This document shows positions 34,201 through 48,013 of a stretch of 64,000 bases of DNA, piece after piece. The first letter of the stretch is position 1. Every line of letters begins with the position of its first letter. Origin of the DNA: Macrostomum lignano (Eukaryota); assembly GCA_002269645.1 (NCBI GenBank), contig NIVC01004021.1, positions 119 through 64,118 of the forward strand, given 5' to 3'. Made by a program: the position numbers and the translations under genes. A model generated the notes under the pieces. It made no database searches. It was not told where the DNA came from and saw nothing but the letters and a program-made list of their open reading frames with translations.

Positions 34201-37200
34201 TATGGCATAGTGCATGACTCTGACAATGGTGATATCTAAAAATTTTTTAGCATGCATTGCTGCAAGGAGCATGCCAAAAAAACTTTGTCAACTCCTTAAT
34301 GTATGCTATGCACATGGCACTAGACTCTTTAGGACCTTGTTGCATTCAAGAATTTCCCAAAAATAGCATCTTTGGGAGTATGGACTATAGGTTATTGTCA
34401 GTATAATTTACCCTTGGTAGTTTCAGTGCCTAAGTGGCAAGACATTGTTGATTACTAACTACAAATTTCAAAATGACATTACTAATAATTAAGGGGTTTT
34501 CTGACTTCCTTCATGGAATTACAGTCTATTACAACTTACCTTAGTACTGCATCATGCTTAATCTGTCTAAATGTTCTTACTTTTGGGTATCTCCTTCCCT
34601 TTTATATGACACTAGGCAATCTATCCCTTTTTCTTTTGCAGAACACTTTTTTCAATAATCATTGAATAAAGTTAATTATAATTTTAAATAATTTTTAAAT
34701 AAATAATTTTGCCTATTCAACTGGCAAAATGCCCTTTTTGCTACCTAAAACAGGTTCACTTTGCAATTCTGCTTTATTTGGCAAGTACTGCTTTGAACTC
34801 CTCATTTGTTTGCAGTCACTGCTTTAAATAACTAAGACTATAGAGATTTGAACCAAGTTAAAATTAACTATTTGTATTTGTATTCTATTTATATTTGACA
34901 AAATATTTTTTCCCATTGGCTCACACTTATCAGTAAAACAAAACTTCAATAAAACAATTTGTATAGGTCAAGGGACCCTTAGTAAAGTCTATATATATTT
35001 ATAAAATATATAACAGTGTTTTTAAAATATTCAATGTTTTAATTTTAGTTACTTTTTGAATATATATTAAAATTATAAATAAAGACAACTAAACTGAGAT
35101 ATTAGTCCAAAATTATAGACAAAAAAAAACTGGCTAGTGCATTTTTGACTCTAAAACTAAAAGCCTACTTATAGCCAAGGGTCACATTGAAATAAATTGG
35201 GTGTCTATAAATATGTTTTTTGCTACTGTTTGAATTTAGCTATTGGGAATTATATTACCCATGACTATATGTGTATAAGCTTACACTTTCTATTATATTT
35301 AAGAAGTCAATTTGTTGCTAGAATGCTAATTCACTAGCAAAAATTATCATTGCCAAATATTTTCCTTAAAAATGATGTTTTTCTATAATCCCTTCTAGAA
35401 TAAATCTGAAATATGTGTAAACTCCCCTTAAAGATGCAATTGCATAGGAATTGAAATGAAACTATGAAAGATTGGTAATAAAAATGCTTTCAATACTAAA
35501 GTTATCAAAAGTAGAAAATAATAATTTCTGCCACAACCCCCAGGAGCTGTCACAGCGCTACATTGACGAATGCAGCGGCTGCGCCCAGCGTTTCAGCTCC
35601 TGGTCGGAGGAGGAGCAGACGCACTTTGTAGAGTCGCTGCTGCAGCAGATGACGCATTATCAGCACGGCAGGGTGCAAGCCTTCCTGGCTCCCATGCTGC
35701 AGCGGGACTTTATCAGCGCCCTGCCAGCTAGAGGCCTGGACCACCTGGCCGAGAAGATACTCGCTTATTTAGACGCCGAATCGCTCAAATCTGCCGAATT
35801 GGTTTGCCGCGAATGGCGCCGGGTTGTTGCCGACGGCCTGCTATGGAAGAAGTTGATCGAACTTCAGGTCCGCTCCGACAATCTCTGGCGCGGCTTAGCC
35901 GAGCGCAAAGGCTGGCTACAGGATCTGTTTAGGCCGCAGCGGGGCTGCCAACCAAAAGATAATGCCTATTATAGGCAGTTGTATCCCAGAATACTGCAGG
36001 ATATTGAGCGCATTGAGAACAACTGGCGCAGCGGCAAGTATAGGCTGCACAAAATCCAGTGCCAGAGCGAAGCGTCCAAGGGTGTGTATTGCTTGCAGTA
36101 CGACGAGGACAAGATTGTCAGCGGCTTGCGGGACAATACTATCAAGGTTTGGGATCGGAGGACCTTTCAGTGCATCAAGGTGAGTATTTTATAATGGTTA
36201 GTTATGCTGCTGAAGTTTTGAGAATCTGCTTTAAACTGTACAGATTTGAGAATCTGCTATAAACTGTACAGATTTGAGAATCTGCTATAAACTGTACAGA
36301 CTTGAGAATCTGCTATAAACTGTTCAGATTTGAGAATCTGCTATAAACTTTACAGACTTGAGAATCTGCTATAAACTGTACAGATTTGAGAATCTGCTAT
36401 AAACTTTACAGACTTGAGAATCTGCTATAAACTGTACAGATTTGAGAATCTGCTATAAACTTTACAGACTTGAGAATCTGCTATAAACTGTACAGATTTG
36501 AGAATCTGCTATAAACTTTACAGACTTGAGAATCTGCTATAAACTGTACAGATTTGAGAATCTGCTATAAACTGTACAGATTTGAGAATCTGCTATAAAC
36601 TGTAGAGATTTGAGAATCTGCTATAAGAATTCCAGATTTGAAAAATTGATTTACAACTAAAAAATCAAGTAAAATCGCCTTAGCTAGGCAAGCTGCTTTC
36701 AACCATATCTAAATCCCTCCTAATCCCCAAGGTGCTCACCGGGCATTCCGGCTCAGTGCTCTGCCTTCAATACGATGAAAACATCATCATTAGCGGCTCA
36801 TCGGACAGCACAGTCCGCGTCTGGGACGTGCACTCCGGCGAAGCTTTAAACACTCTGTACCATCACTGCGAGGCCGTACTGCACCTGCGCTTCGCCGAGG
36901 GTCTCATGGTCACGTGCTCTAAAGACAGATCCATCGCCGTGTGGGACATGGTCTCGCCTAAAGAAATCACTCTTCGCCGTGTGTTAGTTGGCCATCGGGC
37001 CGCTGTTAACGTTGTAGATTTTGACCAGCGCTATATTGTGTCTGCGTCTGGCGACCGAACTATCAAGGTTTGCTCGCTTTTATATACTACTGCTGCTGCT
37101 ATGCGGGGCTAGTAGTTTGTCAGTGGCATTTCAGTTGAGCGGATAATAATAATAATAATAATAGCAATTCAAGTTTTAGGATTATAATAACTTAAAAGTT

Positions 37201-38956
37201 AAGTTTTAGAGAAGGACACTGAAGTTTTGAGGAGGACACTGAAGTTTTGGAGAAGACACTGAAGTTTTGGAGAAGACACTGAAGTTTTGAGGAGGACACT
37301 GAAGTTTTGGAGAAGACACTGAAGTTTTGAGGAGGACACAAAACTTTTGGGGAAGACTCTGAAGTTTTGGGGAAGACTCTGAAGTTTTGGAGAAGACTCT
37401 AAAGTTTTTATAGAAGACACTGAAGTTTTGGGGAAGACACTGAAGTTTTGGGGAAGACTCTGAAGTTTTGGGGAAGACTCTGAAGTTTTGGGGAAGACTC
37501 TGAAGTTTTGGGGAAGACTCTGAAGTTTTGGGGAAGACTCTGAAGTTTTGGAGAAGACACTGAAGTTTTGGAGAAGACTCTAAAGTTTTTATAGAAGACA
37601 CTGAAGTTTTGGGGAAGACTCTGAAGTTTTGGGGAAGACTCTGAAGTTTTGGGGAAGACTCTAAAGTTTTGGGGAAGACTCTGAAGTTTTGGGGAAGACT
37701 CTGAAGTTTTGGAGAAGACACTGAAGTTTTGGGGAAGACTCTGAAGTTTTGGAGAAGACACTGAAGTTTTGGGGAAGACTCTGAAGTTTTGGGGAAGACA
37801 CTGAAGTTTTGGAGAAGACACTGAAGTTTTGGGGAGGACACTGAAGCTTCAGGGTGAAGCAGATATTGCATCCGGTCTCATTTCGCGATACAACCTGAGT
37901 ATTCCTTTGCCGACTCAATTGAAGGTGTGGCACACAACCAGCTGCGAATTTGTGCGCACCCTGAGCGGTCACAAGCGCGGCATCGCCTGTCTGCAATATC
38001 GCGACCGTCTAGTGGTCAGCGGCTCGTCCGACAACTCAATACGGCTGTGGGACATCGAGACTGGCAGCTGTCTGCGCGTGCTGGAAGGTAAGGAATTGCA
38101 ATTCCATTGAAGCTCTGTTCCTTATGCAATGGGAATGAAAGTAAGCGCAGGTTTTTATCAAATCAATATGTAGATAAGCGCGCAGATATTACCTGATTAA
38201 TATAGGGATAAGCGCGCAGATACTATCTAATCAATATGGGGATAAGCGCGCAGATACTATCTAATTAATATAGGGATAAGCGCGCAGATACTATCTGATC
38301 AATATAGGGATAAGCGCGCAGATACTATCTAATTAATATAGGGATAAGCGCGCAGATACTATCTAATCAATATAGGGATAAACGCGCAGACACTATCTAA
38401 TCAATCTTGGGATAAGCGCACTGCAACAGATGATACCTAATTATCATGCAAGGAAAATTTTAATTTAAACCAAAAAGTTTGCGCGCCAATTTCAACAATC
38501 TGACTACATTGTGCGCGCTCAATACCGCCACCCGCAGGCCACGAAGAGCTGGTTCGCTGCATCCGATTCGATAGCAAGCGCATCGTCTCCGGCGCCTACG
38601 ACGGCAAAATCAAAGTCTGGGACCTGCCGGCGGCATTGGATCCGCGCTCGTCGCCTGCGGCTATGTGCGTCGGCACCCTAGTGGAGCACACCGGCCGAGT
38701 GTTCCGCTTGCAATTCGACGAATTCCAAATTGTCTCTTCGTCGCACGACGATACAATTTTAGTTTGGGATTTCCTAGCTGAAGACGACGACGGCTCGGAG
38801 ACTGGCGGCGCCGCCGGCGGAGGAGGGGGCGGCGGCGGCGGAGGCGGGGACGACGACGACGATGACAAAAGCGGGCGAGGCGCGGCCGGCAAGTTCAATC
38901 CGGTTGGTGGCAACTTCATAGCCGGCGGCGATGAGGACGACGCCGATGTCGATTAG
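28264..38956 (+). CDS. BTRC: F-box/WD40 protein beta-TrCP (slimb; BTRC/FBXW11 orthologue)
   Basis: Exons 35544-36179, 36732-37067, 37925-38087, 38538-38956 are phase-consistent GT-AG. Probable first coding exon 28264-28320 ([19 protein letters not shown]|GTAAGT, phase 0; less certain). D domain QMTHYQHG, F-box [24 protein letters not shown] repeats [89 protein letters not shown]. Confidence 0.95.
28951..29541. mobile_element. Non-autonomous Mutator-like (MULE) MITE, about 130-bp TIRs, 9-bp TSD
   Basis: Starts GGCAGTGCTTATC, ends GATAAGCACTGCC; inverted similarity over about 130 bp; TTTACTGAT duplicated at 28942-28950 and 29542-29550. Confidence 0.85.
30618..33302 (-). mobile_element. Internally deleted mariner element (about 195-bp TIRs) hosting a nested Tc1/IS630-like element
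   Basis: TIRs 30622-30815 and 33103-33297 (..TCCCAAAAGTAGTGTTAATTTT..), TA flanks. Minus-strand remnant 31185-30820 reads [81 protein letters not shown], the mariner N-terminal double HTH; no catalytic domain present. Confidence 0.85.
31441..33090 (+). mobile_element. Degenerate Tc1/IS630-family DNA transposon, about 150-bp TIRs, TA TSD
   Basis: TIRs TATAGCTTTTTGCAGCCCATTTGGGC.. at 31441 and reverse complement ending 33090. Broken transposase about 31700-32700: [21 protein letters not shown](NK)[37 protein letters not shown]. Confidence 0.9.
36215..36640. repeat. Intronic 28-bp minisatellite (TTTGAGAATCTGCTATAAACTGTACAGA)n
   Basis: Tandem copies in beta-TrCP intron 36180-36731. Confidence 0.95.
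37205..37850. repeat. Intronic 20-bp minisatellite (TGAAGTTTTGGGGAAGACTC)n
   Basis: Tandem copies in beta-TrCP intron 37068-37924. Confidence 0.95.
38170..38420. repeat. Intronic 34-bp minisatellite (TAGGGATAAGCGCGCAGATACTATCTAATCAATA)n
   Basis: About 7 copies in beta-TrCP intron 38088-38537. Confidence 0.9.
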
Positions 38957-40321
38957 CAGGATACGGAATTATGCTTAACCTTGTGGACTGGCGGCCAGAC
39001 CCCCCCATCTACTGCTTCTGTTGGGACGGCAGGCCGTTTTTAACAGTTCCTTATTTGGCTTCCTTCTCCAGTTGGGCTCTGAAGGGGATTAGAATTGGGG
39101 TTTATGTCAACTGCAGTGGATTTACCTGAATCTAAGATCTGATTTGCACAGTTGCTTTGATGAGCCGCTTCCGTGCCACATGCGGCCAGCGAAGCCTCTC
39201 TATTCGGCCCTCGGGTCCTTTGATACGTCACATCTGGCCCGCTCTGGGTTTGTGTCTCTTCTCTTCTCTCACGTCTTTTTTATCTCTTCTCATCTGTCCT
39301 CTTATCTCTTATCTCTCATCTTATCTTTCGCCTCTCTTCTCCTCTCTTATCTCTCATCTCATCTTTAATATTCTTTCCGTTTCCTTTCCTCCCTCCCTGT
39401 CTCACCTGGCCCGCAGCGGCGAGCTGGATTCTTTATCGGGCCCTTGAGTCATAAAAGTTTGCGGACTCCCTGCTCTAAATAAACAAACAGGCTGTCCCAG
39501 GCTACACCAAATTTAGGAACTGTAAAAACGACACCGTGAATTCTTCTCTGCCTTGCGATCAGACCCGCGAGTATAATATATATTTATCCATATGTAGTAG
39601 CTTAATTCTTCACTACAGTTTATTTTTCTAAGAAAAGAAGGCCATTTTTTCGTTGTCCCTTTTAATTGATTCATTTAATTATTAAGTTTTCTAACCTGTA
39701 CTCTACGTATACTGCGGATTATTAATATTATTTTTGCACCATATACTGTTGCACTTATTCCAGCCTTGCAACACTTTTGCTTATCAAGTAATCGAGTGGA
39801 TAAAAAATTTGACTTTAATGCATTGCTTAAATTTATTGTGTTTTTCCCTTTCGCTTATCTAAATTATTGGTATAGTTTATTTAATGCTGTAATCTAATTA
39901 TTCTGTATTAATGACACGCGCTGGCTAAATTTCGTGGCCATGTGTCGTTTGCAAATCAAATATTCTTGTGCGTATTACTAACTTAAAAAAATTATAGTTT
40001 AACTTAACTTAAGAAGAGCGAGTGCTTTCTGTGTACTTTTTCTTAAACTGCACTGGAACTTAACTGAAAATTCACCCCATACAGTTTATCATTACCTGTA
40101 CAGCGTTGTGCTAATACAGTTTTCCTAATAATAATTCCGAATCGTATTCTTGTTTTCTAAGGTTCTGCTTATTAAGATATTTTCATTTTCTATCTTTCAC
40201 TTTGCGTCGCTTCTCATATGCACTTATTTGGGAAGCGTATTGTTTGTCTTTGCCTGTAGAACAACTATTTTAGTTCGACATGAGGAAAGTTAAAATCCGT
40301 GATTCATTTTTCTGTCTAAAT

Positions 40322-40642
40322 GATGGTTTCCATAGAGACAGCAGCGCTTATCCAAGTGTCTCTGATATGCTTGGTTTCCATAGAGACAGCAGCGCTTATC
40401 CAAGTGTCTCTGATACGCTTAGTTTCCATAGAGACAGCAGCGCTTATCCAAGTGTCTCTGATACGCTTGGTTTCCATAGAGACAGCAGCGCTTATCCAAG
40501 TGTCTCTGTTACGCTTGGTTTCCATAGAGACAGCAGCGCTTATCTAAGTGTCTCTGATACGCTTGGTTTCCATAGAGACAACAGCGCTTATCCAAGTGTC
40601 TCTGATACGCTTGGTTTCCATAGAGACAACAGCGCTTATCCC
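40322..40642. repeat. 48-bp minisatellite (TGGTTTCCATAGAGACAGCAGCGCTTATCCAAGTGTCTCTGATACGCT)n
   Basis: About 6.5 tandem copies; explains ORFs 40280-40651. Confidence 0.95.
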
Positions 40643-43600
40643 TTACCTTAATCTCGTATGAAGCTATTCTCAATAATCATATCAAATGCGCGAAATGATT
40701 CTGTAATGTAAGTCTTCTAATTAAATGATTTGTTTTGCTCTAATTATTAGCTAGCAAGACCACCTGTCTGCCCCTTCCGTTTGTCTGTCTGCCTGTCTGT
40801 TTGCCTTCATGCGGCTCAACTTATATCAATCATACTCCGGAAACGATGTTCTACCCTTTAATTTTGTTACTAGAGCCCCTCCTAAATGTTTGTTCTTTAG
40901 TTGATGCATATTTTCAGGTGTACTTGTACTTGTGTCTGTAAGTGTGCCTATCGATAAAGTTCATTTTCCTTCAGCTATTTGAATAGCTCGGTAAACAGCG
41001 TGTGAGATTTGAGTTTCATGTTCTTTTAGCCTGTTGGTTCTATACTCGTATCTAAGCTCAACCTGGCATTAATTGCAAAATTTCCTTTTGTACCGGAGCT
41101 AAATCAATTATATCCCAGCCGTACGTTTACTTGTGCGTGTAAATTTATCAAGTTTTTTTGTAGAATAGAAAATGATTGTTTTAAGCCCGCTATATCTATA
41201 ATCGTATGAGTATGTAATGCATGACTAACAAAGCATAGCGTTCATATATAATCTACTACTAACAGTAACGCTTAGCTGCCTGTCTATTGCTAAGCTTGTA
41301 TGTACCCGGCACCTTAAATTGTCAAAGTTGTAAGTGTGCGCCAGCTTAGCTACTTAATTATATCCAAGCTTTGCTAATTCGTGTGCCTTCCCAGAAGTCG
41401 GCCATGCCGCGCCTGTTCGAAGACTGCAAAAAATCTTTAATTCCCCATCCCGTAGTCTTCGGTTGCTCGGAGGCCCCCTGTGGACCAGCGGAGCCGCAAT
41501 CTGAGCTCCCTGTTTGCTTTTTGACTTGTAAGTTAAGCAAGCATTAACAACTCGAAGCAAAGCCTTCTTTTGCCAATAATCTTCAACAAAATACAAGTGT
41601 TCCCAGGTTATTTAGATTGTGGAACGTGCACCAATCCCTTCGCGTTAGCAGACAATGTAACAGTAAACTAATTTCTCTTCATTGGCTTTCCTCCGTTCTT
41701 TCATTTGCTAATTCACAAATTATGGTCTTGAAGTTTGTTTTTTTTGTTTGAAATGGCGCTCCCCATCTGTAGCCTGTAACTTTTAATTGTTAATACTTAT
41801 TATTTATACATATACTATATACTTCAAGTAAAGCTATCAATTGCAACCCTTAATACTTTGGTGTATTTACACTGACATGTATAGTGTCGTTCGCTTGTTT
41901 ATTTCGCTTGTTTGTTTCATGCTAGTTTCTGAAATAATGTAATAGTAATATAAATTACGCAAAGCCAAAAACACATTGTAGAGAAACTCCCAGAAGTAAG
42001 AAAAGAGTAATGTACATGTACATCGAGCTAAGTTTCACACCTACATGTACATGCACATGTTGTGTAGTCGTGTAGAAGTGATTTATTTTAGCCACGTGGC
42101 GCACGCAAGACGCAACAGACTAGACCCTACTAAAGGCTACTACATTTAGTCGAATGAGCAGGGCACGAAAATACTAGAAATTCTTCGTATCACTTAGCAG
42201 GGGTGCATGCGCGGTTGGCATTATCAACGCTTGACTGTATGTACACATTCAAATTTAGATGTACCCGCCCTCTTAATCATTATCATGTGAGCTAACCACC
42301 CCCCAAAAACAGCTGCGAGAATTCGTCCCTAAGCACATTAAAAGAGCCCTAGTTGCATTGATAAACTTTTCTGATCTAGTTCGCGGTTGCAATAGTTCCG
42401 TAAAGTGTAGTGTCGCTGAGTATCGTTTGCTATATACACCGCCATAATCGTTCGATCGATCACTTACAGTTTGAATACACAACACAATGACGTTCGTATT
42501 CGATTTTTGCATAAGGGTCTAAATTTTCCAGTCAAGCGAGGCAGGTGGGGGGGCAAATCTAATGATCCAATTAGCTTTATACATACGCTTCGTTCCCCAC
42601 AATCGATGCTCTCGTGTACAATGTGCATGTATTAACAGCAGTCTGTCGTGCTTTCACTTCCCTGCTTAGGACAACCATAAACAGTTACCGCCAGGCTTTG
42701 AGTGCTTGGATAGTTTAAGAAATCCAAGCAGTTTATTATTACTCGCATGATTACATTTACAAGTACGCGTGTTCAAAGACACCTTTACTTTAGTCCGTGT
42801 ACTGACGGTTGAAACTTCTAGGCGTCGTCAGAATTCGATTATGACGAGATTTAAGGCTAACAGTCTATTTTACTGCAATACATTAATATTCTGAGCGATG
42901 TCACGAGATTACGAGGTTAAATTGAAGCGAATCAATACTACTTCAAGAATCTCTTGCGAAGAATCTCTCTCATTGCAATCCACTATATGGAGCTACTTCT
43001 CCAAAGTGACCCGTTACAGAAACGTCTGTTAACCCCTGTGCCGAATAGTGAAGGTTCACCATAGAGTTAAGTGACTGGATTTATTCAGCCTGGATGATAT
43101 TATTATTATGTTGGTCCCTCACTACTCTAACAATACAACTATTTTACGTTCTGTCCGTCAACATTTATTTTGGTGTGAATTTGATTTTTAATTAAAAACT
43201 GGCAATTGACTTATCTTACTTACCTTATCTCGCAATCTCGTAATCAAAGCAATACCTCGTTATTCGAACCCATTTTTGTACTCATATTTAAACTCATATT
43301 CATATCCATATTATAATTCTTTTATTTAAATACTTTAAATTGTTCGTTTCGTTGTTAGTCGGACGTCACTTTTCGTCCAAAAATACCGTAAAAATTCTGG
43401 CGCTCTTTCAAATACTTTATATTTTACAATACTTCGTCGAATCGTATGTATGTATTGTATACATACTACATAAACACTTCTATTTCGAAAATTTTTCCAA
43501 ATACAATGCCGTATAATATATTGGCCAAACAGGCTAATTGCCTGAGCCAAATTCTTACTACTACTACTACTACTACTACTACTACAGTTTAAAATGTGCA

Positions 43601-46600
43601 ATCGATCGATTCGAATCATTCGATACTTTACTTATATGTTGGCTTACTTATAAGTTATATTCCAGACAGTGAAAACGATATCTTGAAAACGGTTATACGT
43701 TTCTTGCATCTATTTTTTTAATTTACAGGCAATCTTTTTGAACATGTTGAATGTCTGTCTGGATGTCTGCCAGGAAACCCACACATGAGTCATGACACAT
43801 GACAATAATTAATTAAGTTGCGTATGCTTTATCTTAGACTATAGGCCTAGTGTAGTTTATAGTGATATTTATATAATATTAGACTCTAGACAAATAAATT
43901 AGGCTATTTACTATATTTGGTAATCAAATCAACTAATAGGATAATCTACAATATATAGTATAGTATTGTAGTTGTAGTTGTAGGCCCCTCGGCCCTACTA
44001 TAGAATTATTTTACTAGGGCCTAATTAATAGGCCTAACTTGAATGAATAATGAATATGCATAATATTATAAAGTTCAAAGGCCTTTCCTTTCTTAAAACA
44101 GTAGGTCTAGGGGCTGAGTCCTAGTCATGATCATGCTAATAAAGGAATTGATAGGCCTAAGCCTAAGCATATTTTATTATATTGGCAATCCTTTGGTTTC
44201 CTGCTCTAAATTATTTAAACCCCTTTTTGAAATTTTCAAAGTCCAACAGGAACAGAGTTCTTGCAAGAGTTCACAGAGTTCTACATAGGGTAATAGTATA
44301 TTATTCACTAGAAGGTATTGCCAAAGTGCTGATAGGGAAGCTTGGAACCACATGAACTTTTGCAATACATTTAAAAAAAATGTTGCTATTTCTATACACA
44401 GCTTGAAACTTGGCTTTGCAGTTGCAGCAAATGGTTGACTATTAAATGGTTGGCCAATGTGTTGTAGGCAGCCTATTGGTTTGTAAAGATGCATGCAAAA
44501 GCAAATTTGGCAACAATCTAGGCAAATTTGGCAATATGTCTTTTTATAGCTAGCCTAAAGATAAGTTAAAGCAAATAAGGTGTGGGTGGAAAAAGAAAAT
44601 TAACTTGGGGTTTGACTTGAAATTGGTCAGTTGCTAACACTCATAAATGACATAGGGGCAGATTCTACATTTGAATTCCTACTGGCATTGCGTTTGTACA
44701 AATAAATCTAAAGATGTTGCGTAAACCAATTACAACAAAATTCTTTCTCCTATTTTACTCCAACTGCTGGGGTCCTCAAATTCTGGGGGAAGGTAGTCAT
44801 ATCGTAGTGGAGTGATTGTACGTGTAGCGGTGCTGCTGGTGCAGTCATTCAAATAGTTGACACTAAAATTTTGACACCATAGGTTAATGCATCAATTTGC
44901 TAAGCTTGTTACTTTCAGTAGGGTAGAGCTACCGCCACCATAATTTACAGTATATTTGAGCCTTATATACTCAAGAGGCCATCCAAACGATGAATAAAAG
45001 GAGATTCACGCATTGGAACAAGGCACCAGTCACCGCCCTGCATATACTCTTTGGCGGGCATGCACAGAGGTGGGGTGGGTGACTAATAGCAGAAAAATAA
45101 AACAGTTAGATAGCCGCAAAAAGGGGGTTCAAATTAGAATGAATTGGGCACCTTAAATGGTTCATATCAAATGAAGGGGGGCCGTTAAAAGGCTAAATTC
45201 TTTCCCCAACATTGTAAACAATAGAAAATGAAAAGTCCTATTCCAAGTCCCAAAGGTTTTTGCTTACAAGGCCGCTCAGCCTGAAATTAACAAACATTTC
45301 TTGGAAAGGACTTAAAACTCACTAAGAATAAATGATAGATAAAACAAAATCAGTTAAAAAGGGAAAGCTAGGCCTAATCTGCATTATAGATTACCATTCT
45401 ACAAAAGGAATTATTCAAATCATATGTAATTGTTTTTCCTTCATTAATTGTCGCCAAATTTGCCTAGATTGTTGCCAAATTTGCTTTTGCCGAATTAGTC
45501 TATTGTGAATCTCTGTCACCCAACTGGTCAGCACCCAGTCTGTAATAATGCGTATTCCTGGGAGCACAGTGCTAGAGGTTGGCTAGCCATATTGGCAGTA
45601 GCTCAGAAAAGTTAAAAAAGGGGTTTAAATAATTCCAATACTATTGGCAACACATTTTGGGTATTGGAGTATTGGAAGTTGATAATTTTTTATATTATCA
45701 AACTTTGGTAACTTCCAATACAATTTTCAAATTTTCCTGATAGTCTGATAGCTGATACTTTTAAAATTTTGAGTATCCAAACAATCAAAAATTTGTTAAA
45801 ATAAATAAAATGGTTGCATAATTGTATAGAAAGTATTGATAAATAATTCACTTTTAGGTTAATGAAGCTGAAATAATTAATACTTTCAATCTTGAAGCAA
45901 GTTTTTAGAACTTTTAAAATAGCCTTCGCCTACTTTATTAATTAGCTTATATAGCTTTTCATAGTTATCCTAGGCATGTTGAAATGGGGAGAAATGCACG
46001 GCATCCTGCCCGCTGCAATAATTTATGGCCAACTTCAATAAGTAAAAAAACTTGTATGCATATGTAAGTACCAGTATCTAGTTAATGTTTCTACAACTTG
46101 TATATTTTAAAAGTAAAGCTTAGTGCTGCTTAATAATTCTTAGTATTAGTTACTCTTTTTTCAATTTGCAGACCAAACAAAGGCAAACCAAGCAAGTTTT
46201 GGCTATAGACAATTTTTGGATTTCATTATTTCTTTTTTTGTCTTGTGTGCTAGTGTGCTAATGTAGGGGCTGTGCCCCCACACCCCCGCAAGGGGGCTCA
46301 GTGCCCCCTTGACCTCGCTTTCTTCTGACTTTGCCATAGACATTTTCAGTGGGCCATGAAACCAACTGAATGCATTGGAGTAATAGACTTTTGCTTGCAT
46401 GCCCAGAGAATGCATAGACTAGTCAGCATTCTCTGGGCTTTGCTCAACTCTGTGACCAAATTAAAAGCCCACAGTCAAACTAGAACACAAAAAGCTAATA
46501 TAATAATTAGTAATTATCATTAAAATGATATTATTTAGTCAATTATCATGTTGCAAGTTCTGCAACACTGTCAGTCACTGATTGCCAATTAATAATAAAA

Positions 46601-48013
46601 TTTCTACATTAGCAAATACATTAGTGCTACACTACTAGTAACACAAGCAATTTAGTGAACAATGTGTACATGCATATACAAACATATGTGCATGCATACA
46701 TGTACATGCATATAGCAATAAATAAATAAATCCACTATTTTGGAAACATATATTGTGAGGCCAAGTTGAGTAAAGGGTAGAGAAGTACGCGATTTACTTA
46801 GGATTACATGTATAGAGAGCAGAGAGGTGATGTGTTGCCCAATCTGAGGTAAGGCTTTAAGTCTCTACCTCAGCTTAAAACATTTGGTCTGGCTAGCTGA
46901 GTACATGTGTACATGTAAGTGCGCTCAACCCTAAAAACAAGGCTGAGGTTAAGCCTACAGGTGTACCAATCACAGACTGACAGGCTGCCACACTATACTA
47001 AAACAATGACAGTGCTAATAGGTGTAAAGAAGAATGACTATAGAGGCTAGTAAATAGTTAATTATCGACTACAGTGGCAACTGTTGGTTTTCATTTGTTA
47101 CTTTAATTTTATAAGTTTTACTGAAGGCTTCATGATTTAAAACAATGCTAAGCTTGTTTTATTTGCCTTAAAAATCTAGGAGAAGGTCTGAGAGGCTTTA
47201 ATTATATGCATCTATATTTGTTAAGCATTCTTTTTGCAAAAACTGGATATTGGAATAGAGTATTGGAATTAGGGTATCGCCGATACTCAAATTTGGATAT
47301 TGGACTTTCAGGTATCGGTGATACTTTTTTCAGAAAGGGTTCAGAGTATTGGTTTTCACCAATACTTTTTTGAGTATCGAGCCCAACACTGAAAGCAAGA
47401 AACTGAAGGATTGCCTATTATATTGACTAGGCTAGGCCTAGGCCCCTATTATTGTTCTGGGCCTACTAATCTCCTCTACCCCTTTTCAAAACATGCTACC
47501 ACCCTTCCACTAGAAAGACATGCACTGCCAAGAAGATAAAAAAAAGTTGCATTGCAATCACTCAAAGTTGATACAAATTTTTTGTTTAGAGCAGAAAAAG
47601 TAGCCAAATAAGAAGTTGTTTTCTGCTTTTTTAACAAACAGTTTTCAAAATTTCAACATTAAAATAGCCTATTTGTTGTGTAAGAAAATTATCTATTGAT
47701 ATATACATGTATACTCTTAACACCATATGCTGCTGAGGCCGCAAATCCTGATTAAAAATATATAAAAATTTTAGCTGCCGCTTTAAATTTAAGTGACAAT
47801 GCTCAGACAGACTACTGAAAAAAGGCCCGACGCTCTACTATTCCCAACTTTAATTGCGAGTGACATTTGGTTATCGGTGTCTACACAAACTGCAATAAAT
47901 TGGCCATACAGCAGTTATTGCCATTTAAAATCTAGGTGTTGATTTGATATTAAATTTGCATACTAAAGTGCAACTATAGCCAACTGTTGATTGCGTGCAT
48001 GCTTTAACCAGCC

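Noticed and set aside
41358-41596. Short minus-strand ORFs (KQTGSSDCG..DFWEGTRISKAWI) as an exon or Ulp1-protease fragment
   Set aside because: Only the QxxxxDCG-like motif matches; no supporting exon chain or family recognition.
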